The notes: generated by a model from the sequence alone, not told the origin. Positions 20,896 to 31,649 are shown, numbered from the stretch's first letter. The stretch: DNA of 64,000 nucleotides from an uncultured Methanoregulaceae archaeon (GCA_963717525.1 OY970343.1:1664001-1728000), one strand, 5' to 3'. Program-made: numbers and translations.

Positions 20896-21114
20896 ATGCC
20901 ACGGAGACCGGCAGAGCTCATACCGGCCGTACCGCTCTACCTTATCCCGCATGTCCTCATGCAGCGGATCCGGGAGGTCGGCGAAGAGCTGGACCGTATC
21001 GCGGTAAAAAGGACAGCGCGGCATTTCTACACGGTCAGCGTCAGGACCCGGCCGGTGAAGAGGGAGTACCAGGCCGTGCGGACACACAGGAAACGCGGAG
21101 GAGGCGGGGAATGA
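20896..21114 (+). CDS. Small basic hypothetical protein
   Basis: Translationally coupled to both neighbours. Confidence 0.55.
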   Translation: MPRRPAELIPAVPLYLIPHVLMQRIREVGEELDRIAVKRTARHFYTVSVRTRPVKREYQAVRTHRKRGGGGE

Positions 21115-21506
21115 CGAGAGGGCGCCGGCCGACCAGGAACCTGGACGCCGGGATCTCGATGGCGCAGGTACGGGGCATGGCCATGCAGTTTGTGCCGGGC
21201 CCGGATTTGCCCTGCACGTTCATGATCCGGGGATCCGGCCGGATCATTTTTGTCCGGGTCAAGCGGTCGGCCCGGCTCCACTGCGGAATTCCGGAGCTGG
21301 CCGCTGCCCACAATGAGCCGATCGCCCGGCTCCGTACCCTGCCCGGGACCGGCCCGCTGGTCCGCGAGCTCTGGCTCTATTCCAAGAAAGGCGCCTGGCG
21401 GTACTTCCGGGTGACAGAGAGCGGCATCGACGAGACCGGCCCGGACGGGGAACCCCTGGTTACCCCGGGGAAGATACCCTCTGCAGGAAGGGGGGTAGTA
21501 TCATGA
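21111..21506 (+). CDS. Hypothetical protein, possible degenerate restriction-endonuclease-like fold
   Basis: IIFVRVKR..., RELWLYS..WRYFRV; ATGA overlap. Confidence 0.55.
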   Translation: MTRGRRPTRNLDAGISMAQVRGMAMQFVPGPDLPCTFMIRGSGRIIFVRVKRSARLHCGIPELAAAHNEPIARLRTLPGTGPLVRELWLYSKKGAWRYFRVTESGIDETGPDGEPLVTPGKIPSAGRGVVS

Positions 21507-21826
21507 CCCCCCAGCCGGGAGAGGTGTACCCGGCAGGAGACGTACTCCCAAATCTCCCCTGTACGGGCCCGGATTGGGGTATCCGGGGGATTTTCGGGGA
21601 CCGAAATCGCCAAAAAGGGGGCCTGTTGTTCTGCAAAAACCCCATATTGGCGCCGGATTGCCGGATTTCAGGGCATCACGGGCGCCAAAAAAAGACCAAA
21701 TAGGCCCAATTGGAGGGCCGTTATGTGTGGAAACTGCCAGTGGATTGTGGCCCCAGGAAAACAACAACCGGGAGATCCGGGGTATTTCACGTCGGAGATC
21801 GGAAAAACACACAGGAGGTGGAAGGT

Positions 21827-22438
21827 ATGACAACACTCTTTGAAGCACTGGACGGGGAAGCACAAAAAGACCTGCTGCGGGATACCATCGTGGAATGTGT
21901 CGCGGTTGTTGTCCGGGCGGTACCAGACCCGGACCGGCCGGATGACCGGCTCACCATGAAGATCGTGAGTGAGGTCTTCGATACATTCGCTCCCGGGATA
22001 CCGTGGATCGATGCGGAACTCGCCCGGCTCCGGGAGATCTGTGAGGATGCGGCCGGTGACATCACGGTCCCGGTGCAGGACGCGCTGCTCGTTGCCCTCA
22101 ACCGGCGCAGGAAGGAACAAGACGGCCTTGTGGCAGGAAAGATCGGCGGGCATCCCGCAGCCTGGGCATCTGACCCTCAGTTCATGGCCTTTCCCGGGCC
22201 GATTCTCCGGAACGCCCGGGCTACGGTCCCCGTCTGGTGGATGGCCTGGACCGCAGGGATGGAAGACGACGGGATGATGTGCGTGGACTACGAGGACATT
22301 TGGTCATATTCCGGCATGGACCCGGTCTTTGCAGAGGACGGGACGGGAGAGACCCGGAAGAACATTCTGAAACGGATGCAGCAGGTGAATGGTGTGGTCG
22401 GAAGGATGGTGGAGAGGCTGATGAGGGAAGGTACGTGA
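21827..22438 (+). CDS. Hypothetical protein
   Basis: GGAGGTG RBS-like sequence upstream; acidic globular ORF. Confidence 0.6.
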   Translation: MTTLFEALDGEAQKDLLRDTIVECVAVVVRAVPDPDRPDDRLTMKIVSEVFDTFAPGIPWIDAELARLREICEDAAGDITVPVQDALLVALNRRRKEQDGLVAGKIGGHPAAWASDPQFMAFPGPILRNARATVPVWWMAWTAGMEDDGMMCVDYEDIWSYSGMDPVFAEDGTGETRKNILKRMQQVNGVVGRMVERLMREGT

Positions 22439-22654
22439 GGGGACGCGTGATCATTACATCCTTTGAGCCGGAATGGCCGTAAAAATTTCCGGGGCCGGGC
22501 TAGAGGAGTGCTTCCGGTGTGAATGCATTTCCCACAACGGTCAACCGAAGTACCGGCGCCGGGAGTATGCGTGAAGACCAAAAAGGGAGAAGGAACAGGG
22601 AAATGATTATCCTCTTCTCTCTCCAAACACACTGACAAGATACTTACCATCGGC

Positions 22655-23026
22655 GTGAACCTTCAAAGGCCGGGGATTTTTTTGACAGGAAAAATATCAG
22701 GGAAAACGAGCAGGGCACTCAAAAAGATCGTGGATATCATCGTACGATCTGCTGATCCCGACCGTATCATCCTCTTTGGCTCACGCTCAAAAGGGACGCA
22801 GACACAAAAAAGCGACTACGATATCTGCGTCATCAAAAGGGGAGTAAAGCACCGCCGTGAACTCGCCATGAAACTCTATCGTGACCTGTACGGGGTCGGT
22901 GTGCCGGTTGATGTCATTGTCGAGACTCCCGAGACGTTCGAGGAATTCAGGGACAACCCTTTCATGATTTACCATGACATCGCCCGGCAGGGCAGGATCA
23001 TTTATGAAAAACCGGTCCCTTGCTGA
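22655..23026 (+). CDS. MNT nucleotidyltransferase
   Basis: IILFGSRSKG...SDYDICVI; start approximate. Confidence 0.85.
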   Translation: MNLQRPGIFLTGKISGKTSRALKKIVDIIVRSADPDRIILFGSRSKGTQTQKSDYDICVIKRGVKHRRELAMKLYRDLYGVGVPVDVIVETPETFEEFRDNPFMIYHDIARQGRIIYEKPVPC

Positions 23027-23105
23027 AACGTGGCTTGTCCGGGCCCGGAGCAATCTCATCAGATCCCGTAATAAAAAAACAGTAACCGGTGTAGAGGAAG
23101 AATAA
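23004..23105 (+). pseudogene. Truncated HEPN-like N-terminus
   Basis: MKNRSLAETWLVRARSNL resembles the first helix of MNT-associated HEPN; ends after 33 aa. Confidence 0.55.
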
Positions 23106-23108
23106 ATC

Positions 23109-23354
23109 ATGATTCCGGATCGTTGCAGTTTCTGTAAAGGAAAACTCCATCCTGGAAAAACGGAGTGTCTGGCTCACGCTGCCGGTGAAGTAATCGTGAT
23201 TAAAGATATACCGGCATATGTCTGTGAGCAGTGCGGGGAAGATTGGTACAGTGCCGAAACATCCCGGAAAATTGATGCGGTCATGAGGGATGCCCACCAG
23301 AAAAAACTGTGCATGCACCCGCTTCCTGCCGGTGAAGTGTCGCTCAATGGATAA
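23109..23354 (+). CDS. YgiT/MqsA-type zinc-finger protein
   Basis: CSFC...IVIKDIPAYVCEQCGE.WYS. Confidence 0.85.
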   Translation: MIPDRCSFCKGKLHPGKTECLAHAAGEVIVIKDIPAYVCEQCGEDWYSAETSRKIDAVMRDAHQKKLCMHPLPAGEVSLNG

Positions 23355-23530
23355 CAGATACCTGGAATGTGTTTTCTGAGGGCACCTATCCCTCCCCAAC
23401 AAGGTACTACAACGTCTTCGCTTATGCGGCGGGGCGGTTAGGGGGGACAGGCACGGCCCCCTCCGTCAATCTGTCAGGGATCCTTTTGTAAAGAAACAAA
23501 GATTTCTCCTGATCCTGTTTTTTTTGGATT

Positions 23531-23806
23531 TTAAAAATCCCGGTAGGCCGTTTTACGAGCCTCGACTTCGAGGACGTGGATGATCAAAACATCATCATGA
23601 ATCGAAATAAATGCCCTTATACCCCGGCGTATTCTGACTGAGTACACCGGGTGCCGGGGATTTGATCCCTTTATTTTTTTGATAAAGTGATAGGGGTCTT
23701 CCCGGATTTCGTGGATCTTCCGGATAACCAGACGGGCGATTTCCGGGGGAAGCCTGCCGAGGTCGCGGTCGGCCCGTGAAGTATACCGGACCTCGTATGG
23801 GCTCAT
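23531..23806 (-). CDS. RelE/ParE family toxin
   Basis: YEVRYTSRADRDLGRL...YSVRIR...RKTAY. Confidence 0.85.
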   Translation of the reverse strand: MSPYEVRYTSRADRDLGRLPPEIARLVIRKIHEIREDPYHFIKKIKGSNPRHPVYSVRIRRGIRAFISIHDDVLIIHVLEVEARKTAYRDF

Positions 23807-24039
23807 TTAACCCCATACTTCTTCATAATCTCTTTTTCCGGGATCAGGTTTCCCTGCCGGACGTCTTTTAAGGATTCTTCGAGACCCGCTATCGCATCTT
23901 CACTGAGGGGTTCATCATCGACTGCAAGATTCACGAGGCGCTCAATGACATCGTTGTACGACTCTTTTGGATGGCGTTTTAAGGAGTTCAGCTGGGTTTT
24001 GAGGTCCTCCCGGATGTAAATTGAACTTGCTGCCTGCAT
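23803..24039 (-). CDS. RHH-like antitoxin
   Basis: SIYIREDLKTQLNSLK.HPKESYNDVIERL; overlaps toxin start. Confidence 0.8.
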   Translation of the reverse strand: MQAASSIYIREDLKTQLNSLKRHPKESYNDVIERLVNLAVDDEPLSEDAIAGLEESLKDVRQGNLIPEKEIMKKYGVK

Positions 24040-24722
24040 AGTAACACTACTATGCACCTATAGGTCTTTAACCTGATGGTCTTTTAGCCGGGCACAATCC
24101 ATACCCGTTGTCCGGCACTCACGATGAAAATCTTCGCTCTGGAGGAACAGGCATTATTCGAAGACCCAGGCATACATGATGAAAAATAATGGGTTTTTCA
24201 TGGAGAAATCCTCAAAATATTTTTCTTAACGCACTTGGGGGATATGGCATTTGATGCCTCCGCTCCCGCGCCCTTGAGGCACCCCCCATATAGCAATGAT
24301 CTCCAATCCCCCCATCCCAAGGTACATTTTGTGCACCTTCCAACCACCCCCATCCCTCGCCCGGATAACCAAACTCTCTTTTAAAATCCCCCGGTTTTCC
24401 CGAAAAATCGCTTCATAATCAAAGCCCTTCCTCCCCTACCGCCTATAGGGATATGTCAAAGGGGCCCCCGCGACAGGAAAGAAAAGAGACCACAGAAGGG
24501 AGCGGCACAAACTCACCGGCTCCCGCCGGAGTACCGGAACAGGCCACCCGAACGCGGTAACCGGGACGGTGCCTTCCCGTGCAGTCCCCTCCACCCCAAC
24601 GGTCCGGAGGACCGTTCACTGAGGGCTGCAGGAACAAAAAAAGGCGCCAGAAGATCCCGGTCACGCCGCGGTGGTCCCGCCCCCGGCATTCCGAACCACA
24701 CGAAAACAAGGAGTGATGCAGT

Positions 24723-25226
24723 ATGGGAGATTTCATCCAGAGCTCAGCAGTAAAGTCCGCAACAAGGAAGCTCGCGGCCCCGATCGAGGATGTCACAACG
24801 TTCGCAAATATCGTCAGCGGGGTGATCGCGGCAAACCCGTTCGGCTGCGTATCGTACATCAGCGCCGGCGTGACCCACGCCCCGGTCGAAAAGACTCGGG
24901 AAAGCTACGTGGCAAAGATCATCTACCAGGACAACGATGCAAAAACCGTCGGTAGCCTGTCCGACAAGTATAACACGGTCGCGGGTTTCAATGCCGGTGC
25001 AGCCGCCCTGCTCGCCAGTGCCCCGCTCACCGCAGCCCACGGGGGCATGCCCGCACGGGACAGCGACTCCGAGACCTTCTCGGCGACGCTCAAGTGCTCG
25101 GACCCCAACGGCGAGATCTACAATGTCACGATCGGCCGTGAGCGGATCAGCCTCACCTCGTACGAGGACGACGCGATCCGGGCAAAAGTCGAGACCTGGG
25201 CCGACAGCGTGCCGGCACTCGCCTGA
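24723..25226 (+). CDS. Uncharacterised 167-aa protein, copy 1
   Basis: Clear paralog of 33885-34388 (NPFGCVSY, KCxDPNGEIYNV, KVETWADSVP). Confidence 0.85.
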   Translation: MGDFIQSSAVKSATRKLAAPIEDVTTFANIVSGVIAANPFGCVSYISAGVTHAPVEKTRESYVAKIIYQDNDAKTVGSLSDKYNTVAGFNAGAAALLASAPLTAAHGGMPARDSDSETFSATLKCSDPNGEIYNVTIGRERISLTSYEDDAIRAKVETWADSVPALA

Positions 25227-25237
25227 GGGTGACGACC

Positions 25238-25354
25238 ATGGACAACGAACTCATCATCATCGGGGCGTTCCTCGGTGCAGGACTGCTCGCCTATGTCATC
25301 ATCCCCGGCCTCATGGTCATCTGGGACCGGGTCCTCGACCACATGGAATACTAA
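25238..25354 (+). CDS. 38-aa single-TM protein (below ORF cutoff)
   Basis: MDNELIIIGAFLGAGLLAYVIIPGLMVIWDRVLDHMEY, preceded by GAGGGTGA. Confidence 0.65.
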   Translation: MDNELIIIGAFLGAGLLAYVIIPGLMVIWDRVLDHMEY

Positions 25355-25458
25355 GCGAAAAACGGCAGGGGTACTGCCATGCCCCTGACTCTTTTTTTCA
25401 AAGGGGGTCACCCCCCTCTCCTTTTTCCGGGCACCCGCTCCGGAGCATCCGGGCACAG

Positions 25459-25824
25459 GACTACAAAAAACTCGACATCCCGGAACCGAAGATCCCGTGT
25501 TTTGTCTGCAGGAAGAAGGGCGCATGGTTCGTGGAGAAATTCACGAAGGAACGACGGGCGAGAGAGAAAGGCCAGCGGGACGCCCGGCGGTTGTGCCGGT
25601 CGTGCCATGCGGCAGCGGTGAAGGCCGAGCAGGAGGCGAGCATCTCCCTGCCGGGGACATTCGATCTCTCTAATATGAAACGGGCGACAGCGGATCTCGG
25701 GAAATGCCCGGCCTGCGGGGTGGCAAAAGTGGAGTGGATCGATGAGGCGGCGGGCGTGATGCTGTGCGGACGGTGCTATGAGAGGGAGAGGAGGAAGCAT
25801 GCCATCACCGCTCAATCCAGATAA
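25459..25824 (+). pseudogene. C-terminal multi-Zn-finger fragment of a larger gene
   Basis: CFVC, CRSC, CPAC, CGRC; no convincing start. Confidence 0.6.
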
Positions 25825-25838
25825 GGTGTTCCCGGGTC

Positions 25839-26411
25839 TTACCGAACATCCTGCACGGGAGGCCGGCCATATTTTTTTCTTACCTGTTCCGGGTAACGGA
25901 TGGTGAAGATGATCCCGGCTGCAAGGACGATATAGGTGAGCACCTGTGCGATGTTCCCGGCCGGCCCTGGTCTCGCGAACGTGATGGCGTTAAGCCCGAG
26001 GTTGATGAGGAAAACACCACCCCATGCACCGGTGATCCGCACATTTGTCCGGATAAAGACCGGGCTCTCCCAAACCGCACGGTCCACCATCTCGCGGGCG
26101 TAGGGAAGCGTGAAGGGAGCGCCGGCGACGATGGACCCGATTGCAACCACAGCGAGCGTCCCGTTGATCAGGAGCCCGGTGTACATAAGGATCCCGCCAC
26201 TGCCAGAAACGAGCGCTGCAATAAGCAGGCCGGTAAAGAGCACAAGGCTCGCCCACGTCAGGATCATGCCTTTTTTGAGATCGGAAAAACCGGTCAGGAC
26301 CGTGATAATCGTTGCCGCCGCAAGAGCGATGGTCACCCCCACCCCGGGGATCCCGGCGAGGACACCGTACGCGATCAGGGGTGCAAACCCGAGCAGGACA
26401 CCTGCTTTCAT
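25839..26411 (-). CDS. Membrane protein
   Basis: ~6 TM; PFTLPYARE..F.RTN.IT..W. Confidence 0.8.
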   Translation of the reverse strand: MKAGVLLGFAPLIAYGVLAGIPGVGVTIALAAATIITVLTGFSDLKKGMILTWASLVLFTGLLIAALVSGSGGILMYTGLLINGTLAVVAIGSIVAGAPFTLPYAREMVDRAVWESPVFIRTNVRITGAWGGVFLINLGLNAITFARPGPAGNIAQVLTYIVLAAGIIFTIRYPEQVRKKYGRPPVQDVR

Positions 26412-26564
26412 TGCCGGCCACGCTCCCGGGGTGCTCGGGCGAACGGATCGCAGGTTTCTGGCAGTTCAGTACTTTTTTTGGGACCCGGGCACTCCCGGGG
26501 TCCGCTGTAATGCGAGGGCGGGGTCATGATCAGTCTTTCCTTGTTTTTGTGATTTTCCGGGAAT

Positions 26565-26951
26565 GTGGTGATCGGATCCACCCGGTTCCCAGGTCTAACT
26601 TCTGCCATCGTACCAATTTATGCCAGTATCCCGGGAAACGATTATTCGATCGGGGAACCTCCCCGGCCACCTGGCCGGGACCGGGATACCTGCACTCCGG
26701 ACGGGATTTTTCTGACGCCCATCACACCCACAACGCTTCTTGAGTACTCCGGCGCCGGCCTCGGGATACTGGGGTGGCTCGGCGTCCGCGAGGTCGGCTC
26801 GGCCGGGGCCCAGGAAATTGGCTTTATCGTGTGGATTGCAAGCGGCCTCATCCTGATCGCCTGGGGCTACCATACGAAAGCAAAGGCGATCATGGTTATC
26901 AATGCCGTCAACGTGATCATGGCCGCGTCCGCACTGGCAGCGCTCATCTGA
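26565..26951 (+). CDS. Small membrane protein (start uncertain)
   Basis: Three hydrophobic segments in the C-terminal 75 aa. Confidence 0.45.
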   Translation: MVIGSTRFPGLTSAIVPIYASIPGNDYSIGEPPRPPGRDRDTCTPDGIFLTPITPTTLLEYSGAGLGILGWLGVREVGSAGAQEIGFIVWIASGLILIAWGYHTKAKAIMVINAVNVIMAASALAALI

Positions 26952-27012
26952 TCCGGGAAGCAACCCCCGCGAGCTGGTCACCCGTTTTCGTCCTCGGAAT
27001 CCGCTCAAAAGA

Positions 27013-28382
27013 TCAGGCACTTTTGAGCACGCTCTCAAATGGCTGGACCATATGGTATTTCATATCGGCAAACACTTTTTTCCGGAAACCGGGGATCCGT
27101 AAAAGCGGGATGAGGAGTGCATTGAAAAGCCGGGTCTTCAGGTCAGCCTGCGGGAAATCAAACATCCCGTGCTCCTTGTAGTACCGGTAATCTGCCTGGA
27201 ACGCAATCCTCATTCCGCCGTAAATATTGTCCCGGAATATCTTGTGGCCCCCGACCGCGTAAAACGTGTGCGGGGGGATGTACCCTGATTCTGCGCATTG
27301 CAAAATACGTGTTGCCATGGCGTCGAGCAGGAGATCAAGCTCCCCGGACCCGAAACCTCGTCGGTCACAAACTGTGCATTACACCCGCCGTTGTCCGCCC
27401 ATGCAGTCAGTGCCTCTTTTAAGACGGGGACCTGGTGGAGCGGCCCGGCGATCACAAACCCGATCTGTTTACCTTTGAAATTCGGGATGTGCCCCCGGAA
27501 AAAACTCCGGTCGAAAAACTGCTTCCACGTCGACGAGAGATACCGGTCATGCACCGAGCCTGCCATGATAATGATATCCGCGGGCAGCAGTTTGTTTCTG
27601 AAAAAGTCGATGTACCCGTCGGTATAGACACAGGTGTTGTCATAGCCGCACTGGCAGCACCCAAGACAGCCGCCTTTCATATTTATGTCATGGAGATTGA
27701 TCATCTCGACGGAACCGGAAAAAGTTTTGTAAAGCCGGTCTGTCATCACGAAAAGATTGGGTGAACTGCCGTCAGAATCCGTAAGAATGACAACCTTTTT
27801 TGAACCGGTTTCCTGGATCTTCTGGTGGGGGCCCGGGATATACGTGATGGCCGGCCACACAAGCGGAGCGTTCTCCCGCTGGACCGGGACCTTCTCCTGC
27901 ACTGCGGTAAAGAGGAGGGAGACGAATTTCTCCAGCCGTTTTCGTTCCTCATCCTGTAAGAGATCCCGCATTTCCGCGGAATAAAATCCGAGGTACTTCA
28001 TCCCGAGATCGTCGCTTATGGCATGGATGTAGGCATGGGCGGTCTGGTCGAAGAAATGGATGGAGGTCGAGAGCGATGAGGCATAGGTCCCGGCAAACGC
28101 GTCCTGTGCCTTCCTCTCAAAAACAAGTTCAATGAACCGTTTGTACTGGGAGCAGACGACGAGGTAATAGAGGGGAAATGCCCAGAGAACAAGATCTGCG
28201 GACCGGACGCTGTCAAGCGTTGTGTTCCAGGCTGCGGCGTCTTTCTCGATCTTCCTTATATCGGCTGCCACATTGAGGATTTCATACCGGTGATCCGGGA
28301 ACTTTTTCCGGATATAGGCAACATACTGCATCGTGACGCTGGTATCGCCCTTCGGGCTTCCGTTCAGGACAACAATTTTCAT
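27013..28382 (-). CDS. Tandem-domain NADPH-dependent FMN reductase / iron-sulfur flavoprotein, frameshifted near 27345
   Basis: LNGSPK; GCLGCCQC..C; continuation ORF 27013-27318. Confidence 0.85.
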
Positions 28383-28409
28383 GGCTTTAATCCCCCGGTC
28401 CGTCCCGCA

Positions 28410-28640
28410 TCACTCGTCCGGTGTCCGTGTACTGTCAAGGATCTTCCGTGCGAATTCCTGGAGGGCATCTGCTTTCACGAGCGCTATGCCGCGTTCGACA
28501 TCCCCGAGCACCAGCAGGATATCGCCCTGCTTAATCTGAAAGATCTCCCGGGCTTCCTTGGGGATCACAATCTGCCCCCGTTCACCGACCTTCACGCTGC
28601 CGAAGAGGTGTTTGGTATTCCCCTTCCGGGGAGCGATCAT
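28410..28640 (-). CDS. AbrB family regulator
   Basis: FGSVKVGERGQIVIPKEAR. Confidence 0.9.
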   Translation of the reverse strand: MIAPRKGNTKHLFGSVKVGERGQIVIPKEAREIFQIKQGDILLVLGDVERGIALVKADALQEFARKILDSTRTPDE

Positions 28641-28726
28641 ATCGCTTACAAGATCCTCATTCCCGCATTTCTTACTTTTCATATATGTTATATTTGTGTG
28701 ATTTATCATATTTATCATTTTCTCGA

Positions 28727-28796
28727 GCATCTACGGTTGATGGCAGATCTTTCACTTCGCGATAATTTGAGTATCAACCGCAGACGCAACAGAACC
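28727..28796 (+). repeat. Hairpin element family A, left-truncated copy
   Basis: Near-identical to 43444-43513; ends CGCAACAGAACC. Confidence 0.85.
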
Positions 28797-28975
28797 CTTT
28801 CAATGAGTATACCAAAACTCCCATTATTTCACGGATTCAGTGGACGCAAGTGAACTTTCAAAGGTATCAGCCATCCTGAATTTGATCCTTCAAAGAAAAA
28901 TAATAAGCCGCCTAAGACCGGGCAAAATTATCGTAGTGCTAAAATAACAACCAGCATGAAAATTATTCAGTCTCA

Positions 28976-29626
28976 TCAAAAAACCAGCAACTCTTTTCGG
29001 TAAAACCATTTGTTTACCAGCCATATGAGGATCCCGATAAAAACCCATGATAATTCGGCTAAATAGGTATTAAATACTGCAATTCCTATCGAAATGAGAA
29101 ACACTCCTGATCCACTCAGCAGGCGTATGACTCTGTAATGCACATACCCTTGCGTGATGTCAGTGTCCGAGAGCCTGCGGTGTTTTGTTGCATACCACCA
29201 GAGCGCAGCCAGGACAACCCCGGCACATGCCTGGGTCAGGGCATAAAATATCACTGCAACCGGTGTCTCAGGATACTCGATGATCAGCGAGGTGTGGAAT
29301 GGGATGAGGGTGATAAAGAAAAGGAATGAAAAGTTCAGTACAGTAACGGTCCGGTCCAGTTTTTTTATATGCTGGAAAATATGGTGATGGGCCATCCACC
29401 ATTCGCTGATGATGATAAAACTAATGATATAGATTAAGAACGTCGGCCATTCACTGAGAAGACGTACCGGGAGTTCCGCGGCGGTGTTGCCTTTTGTAAC
29501 AACAGGGACTGCAAGCGAGAGGACCATGAGGGTGATTGCAAATGCGAATATGCAGTCCGTGAGATTGATCAGGCGCTCGAGGTTTTTGAAAAACTGGTAC
29601 GTTGAATGGGTTTTTTCCGGAGGCAT
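28976..29626 (-). CDS. TMEM175/DUF1211 family K+ channel-like protein
   Basis: RL..LTDCIFAFAITLMVL, WWMAHH.IF. Confidence 0.85.
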   Translation of the reverse strand: MPPEKTHSTYQFFKNLERLINLTDCIFAFAITLMVLSLAVPVVTKGNTAAELPVRLLSEWPTFLIYIISFIIISEWWMAHHHIFQHIKKLDRTVTVLNFSFLFFITLIPFHTSLIIEYPETPVAVIFYALTQACAGVVLAALWWYATKHRRLSDTDITQGYVHYRVIRLLSGSGVFLISIGIAVFNTYLAELSWVFIGILIWLVNKWFYRKELLVF

Positions 29627-29651
29627 AGTTACCTGATCTCTGTTTCTCTCA

Positions 29652-30135
29652 TTAAGTTTCGCTTCTGGCAAGTTCACGATCGATCTCTTTTCGTTTCTTC
29701 TCATAATTGTCTCCCTGCTTGCCCAAGCGCGTATCGAGACCGGGACATACTGGTCGTTTCAAACCCTCTCCATACAGTACCGCCCAGTATACGGTCCTGA
29801 TGAGGCTGTGGATTGCATTTTTTCCTGCCGAATCTTTGCCGATAACGCTGAAAGCACCATTCCGGTAGGCCTCTCCTTTGATACTCTGGTCGTCATCATA
29901 TGAGGTGAAAAGAATGAAAGGAGTTGTGCTACCTCTGGAACGTAGTTCCTGTAAAAACTGGAATCCCATTCATCCCTGACATCTGGTAATCGGAGATGAT
30001 GCATTCATACGTCAAGGAGGCCATCTTTTTGATTGCATCAGATACCGATGATGCCTTATCGACATCTATCTCTCCAGTTCGTTCGAAAAATAAGGTGCAG
30101 ATCTCAAGCAGGTCGGGGTCATCGTCCACGTGCTC
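29652..30135 (-). pseudogene. Response regulator receiver protein, frameshifted or 5'-truncated
   Basis: HVDDDPDLL...IISDYQM..MNG then FLQELR...PFILFT in another frame. Confidence 0.7.
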
Positions 30136-30273
30136 ATTGCGCTCGGAGTAACCGGATTTAGAATCTACGCTGAAGATATCGTCAGGCATGCGCCACCGGA
30201 TCGCCTGGTATAATCCGGGCGGGCGGCAGGCAAATCTTATTATGGAGTGCAGGCCATCCTTGACCGTTGCAGT

Positions 30274-30675
30274 ATGACAAGTGAAAAGATGTTGCAGGAA
30301 ACCGCGTCACGCCTGAGTGAGTTCCTGATGGCAAGAAATGTCATGGGTGAATCGATCGATATCGGTGACAAGATAGTAATCCCCGTGGCACGGTTTGGAT
30401 TTGGCTTTGGCGCAGGAGAGGGCAGCGGAAAAAACGGTGGTGGAGAAGGAGCGGGCGCAGGTGGAGGGGTCGAGCCGGTTGCACTCATCATCCTCCACAA
30501 GGACGTGAAGGGACCGGAAGGGGTACAGGTTATGTCCATCAGCAAGGAAAACCCTATCGCCCAAGTGATCTCGGCGCTGAGCGAGACACTCGCGCCACAG
30601 GTAATTCAAGCGATCAAATCTATGGACAAGAAGATGCCGGCAGGGCAGGATACGAAAAAGTCGAACGATTTATAA
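30274..30675 (+). CDS. GerW/YtfJ family protein
   Basis: IVIPVARFGFGFGAGEG...GAGGGVEPVA. Confidence 0.85.
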   Translation: MTSEKMLQETASRLSEFLMARNVMGESIDIGDKIVIPVARFGFGFGAGEGSGKNGGGEGAGAGGGVEPVALIILHKDVKGPEGVQVMSISKENPIAQVISALSETLAPQVIQAIKSMDKKMPAGQDTKKSNDL

Positions 30676-30705
30676 TAGTCAAAAAAACCGCTATCTGGCG
30701 CTGGT

Positions 30706-31377
30706 ATGGACACGATCCTTCTCATCCTTTTTGTTACCGCAGGCATCTGCGGTGTTTTGGTCATCTCAGCGCTCATCATTTACGCGGTCCCGGTTCAGTT
30801 CGCCGTCATCTATGTCCGGGAAAAGGGGCGGGAAGAGAGCACGGTAACCGTCTCGTGGGGACCGGCATCTTGTTCTCTATCTCGTGGAGCCCGACAGAGA
30901 CTCACGCGTGTCCTTTTCAGCGGCAGGATGATCTGGTCCCGTTTGAAGCTAGACGAACCCACGCCGGCAGATACAGCCGAACCCGCATCCCACGGTCCGG
31001 GCTTATCAACCGTTGAGATCCTTGATATTGTCCCTCCTATTATTGGGGATGCAGGGACATTTTTGGGGGAACTCTACCGGCAAAGTCATCTTGTCAGAAT
31101 GACCGGAACAATCCGGATTGGGATGGAGAACCCGGCCGCCACCGGTATGCTCTATGGTGGATATTGGGTCTCCCGGTTCGCTCTGAACGCATCACGGATC
31201 TTCATTGAAATGGAACCGGTATTTGGGGAACGGGTACTGGTACTGGACATTACGATGCGCCTCCGGATACACAACACCCTCGCCCTTATTATCCCGGGAA
31301 TCGCGCTCATACGAAACCCGGCACTTCGGAGATTGTTTATCCTTCTTCGGCATCGAACTACGGGAATAGCAGCATGA
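30706..31377 (+). CDS. DUF2953-like membrane protein
   Basis: N-terminal TM; IGMENPAATGMLYG; next to YtfJ. Confidence 0.7.
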   Translation: MDTILLILFVTAGICGVLVISALIIYAVPVQFAVIYVREKGREESTVTVSWGPASCSLSRGARQRLTRVLFSGRMIWSRLKLDEPTPADTAEPASHGPGLSTVEILDIVPPIIGDAGTFLGELYRQSHLVRMTGTIRIGMENPAATGMLYGGYWVSRFALNASRIFIEMEPVFGERVLVLDITMRLRIHNTLALIIPGIALIRNPALRRLFILLRHRTTGIAA

Positions 31378-31649
31378 TAGAACCGGAGATCCGAATCCAA
31401 ACGCCGATCCGGTCCGGGGGTCGTTTTGTTGTCCCGGTCGTACGGGAGAACGGTTTTTCTGGCAGCTGCGGTACTACGGGGTTCGTAGACCCCGTCGCGC
31501 TTCTCTTCGAGGAAGCTGGGTGCTGGTATTTCGTCCCGCTCTTACCTGGTTTTTCCCAGAAGGAACTCGAATCGGCATTTGCCGTTGTAGGATTTGAACA
31601 AAAAAGGTCAACCACGCCTGAGAAGAATCCAACACTTGTGAGAAAGTAG
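31374..31649 (+). CDS. Small YtfJ-like hypothetical protein
   Basis: FVVPVVR...VDPVALL; coupled to upstream gene. Confidence 0.55.
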   Translation: MIEPEIRIQTPIRSGGRFVVPVVRENGFSGSCGTTGFVDPVALLFEEAGCWYFVPLLPGFSQKELESAFAVVGFEQKRSTTPEKNPTLVRK

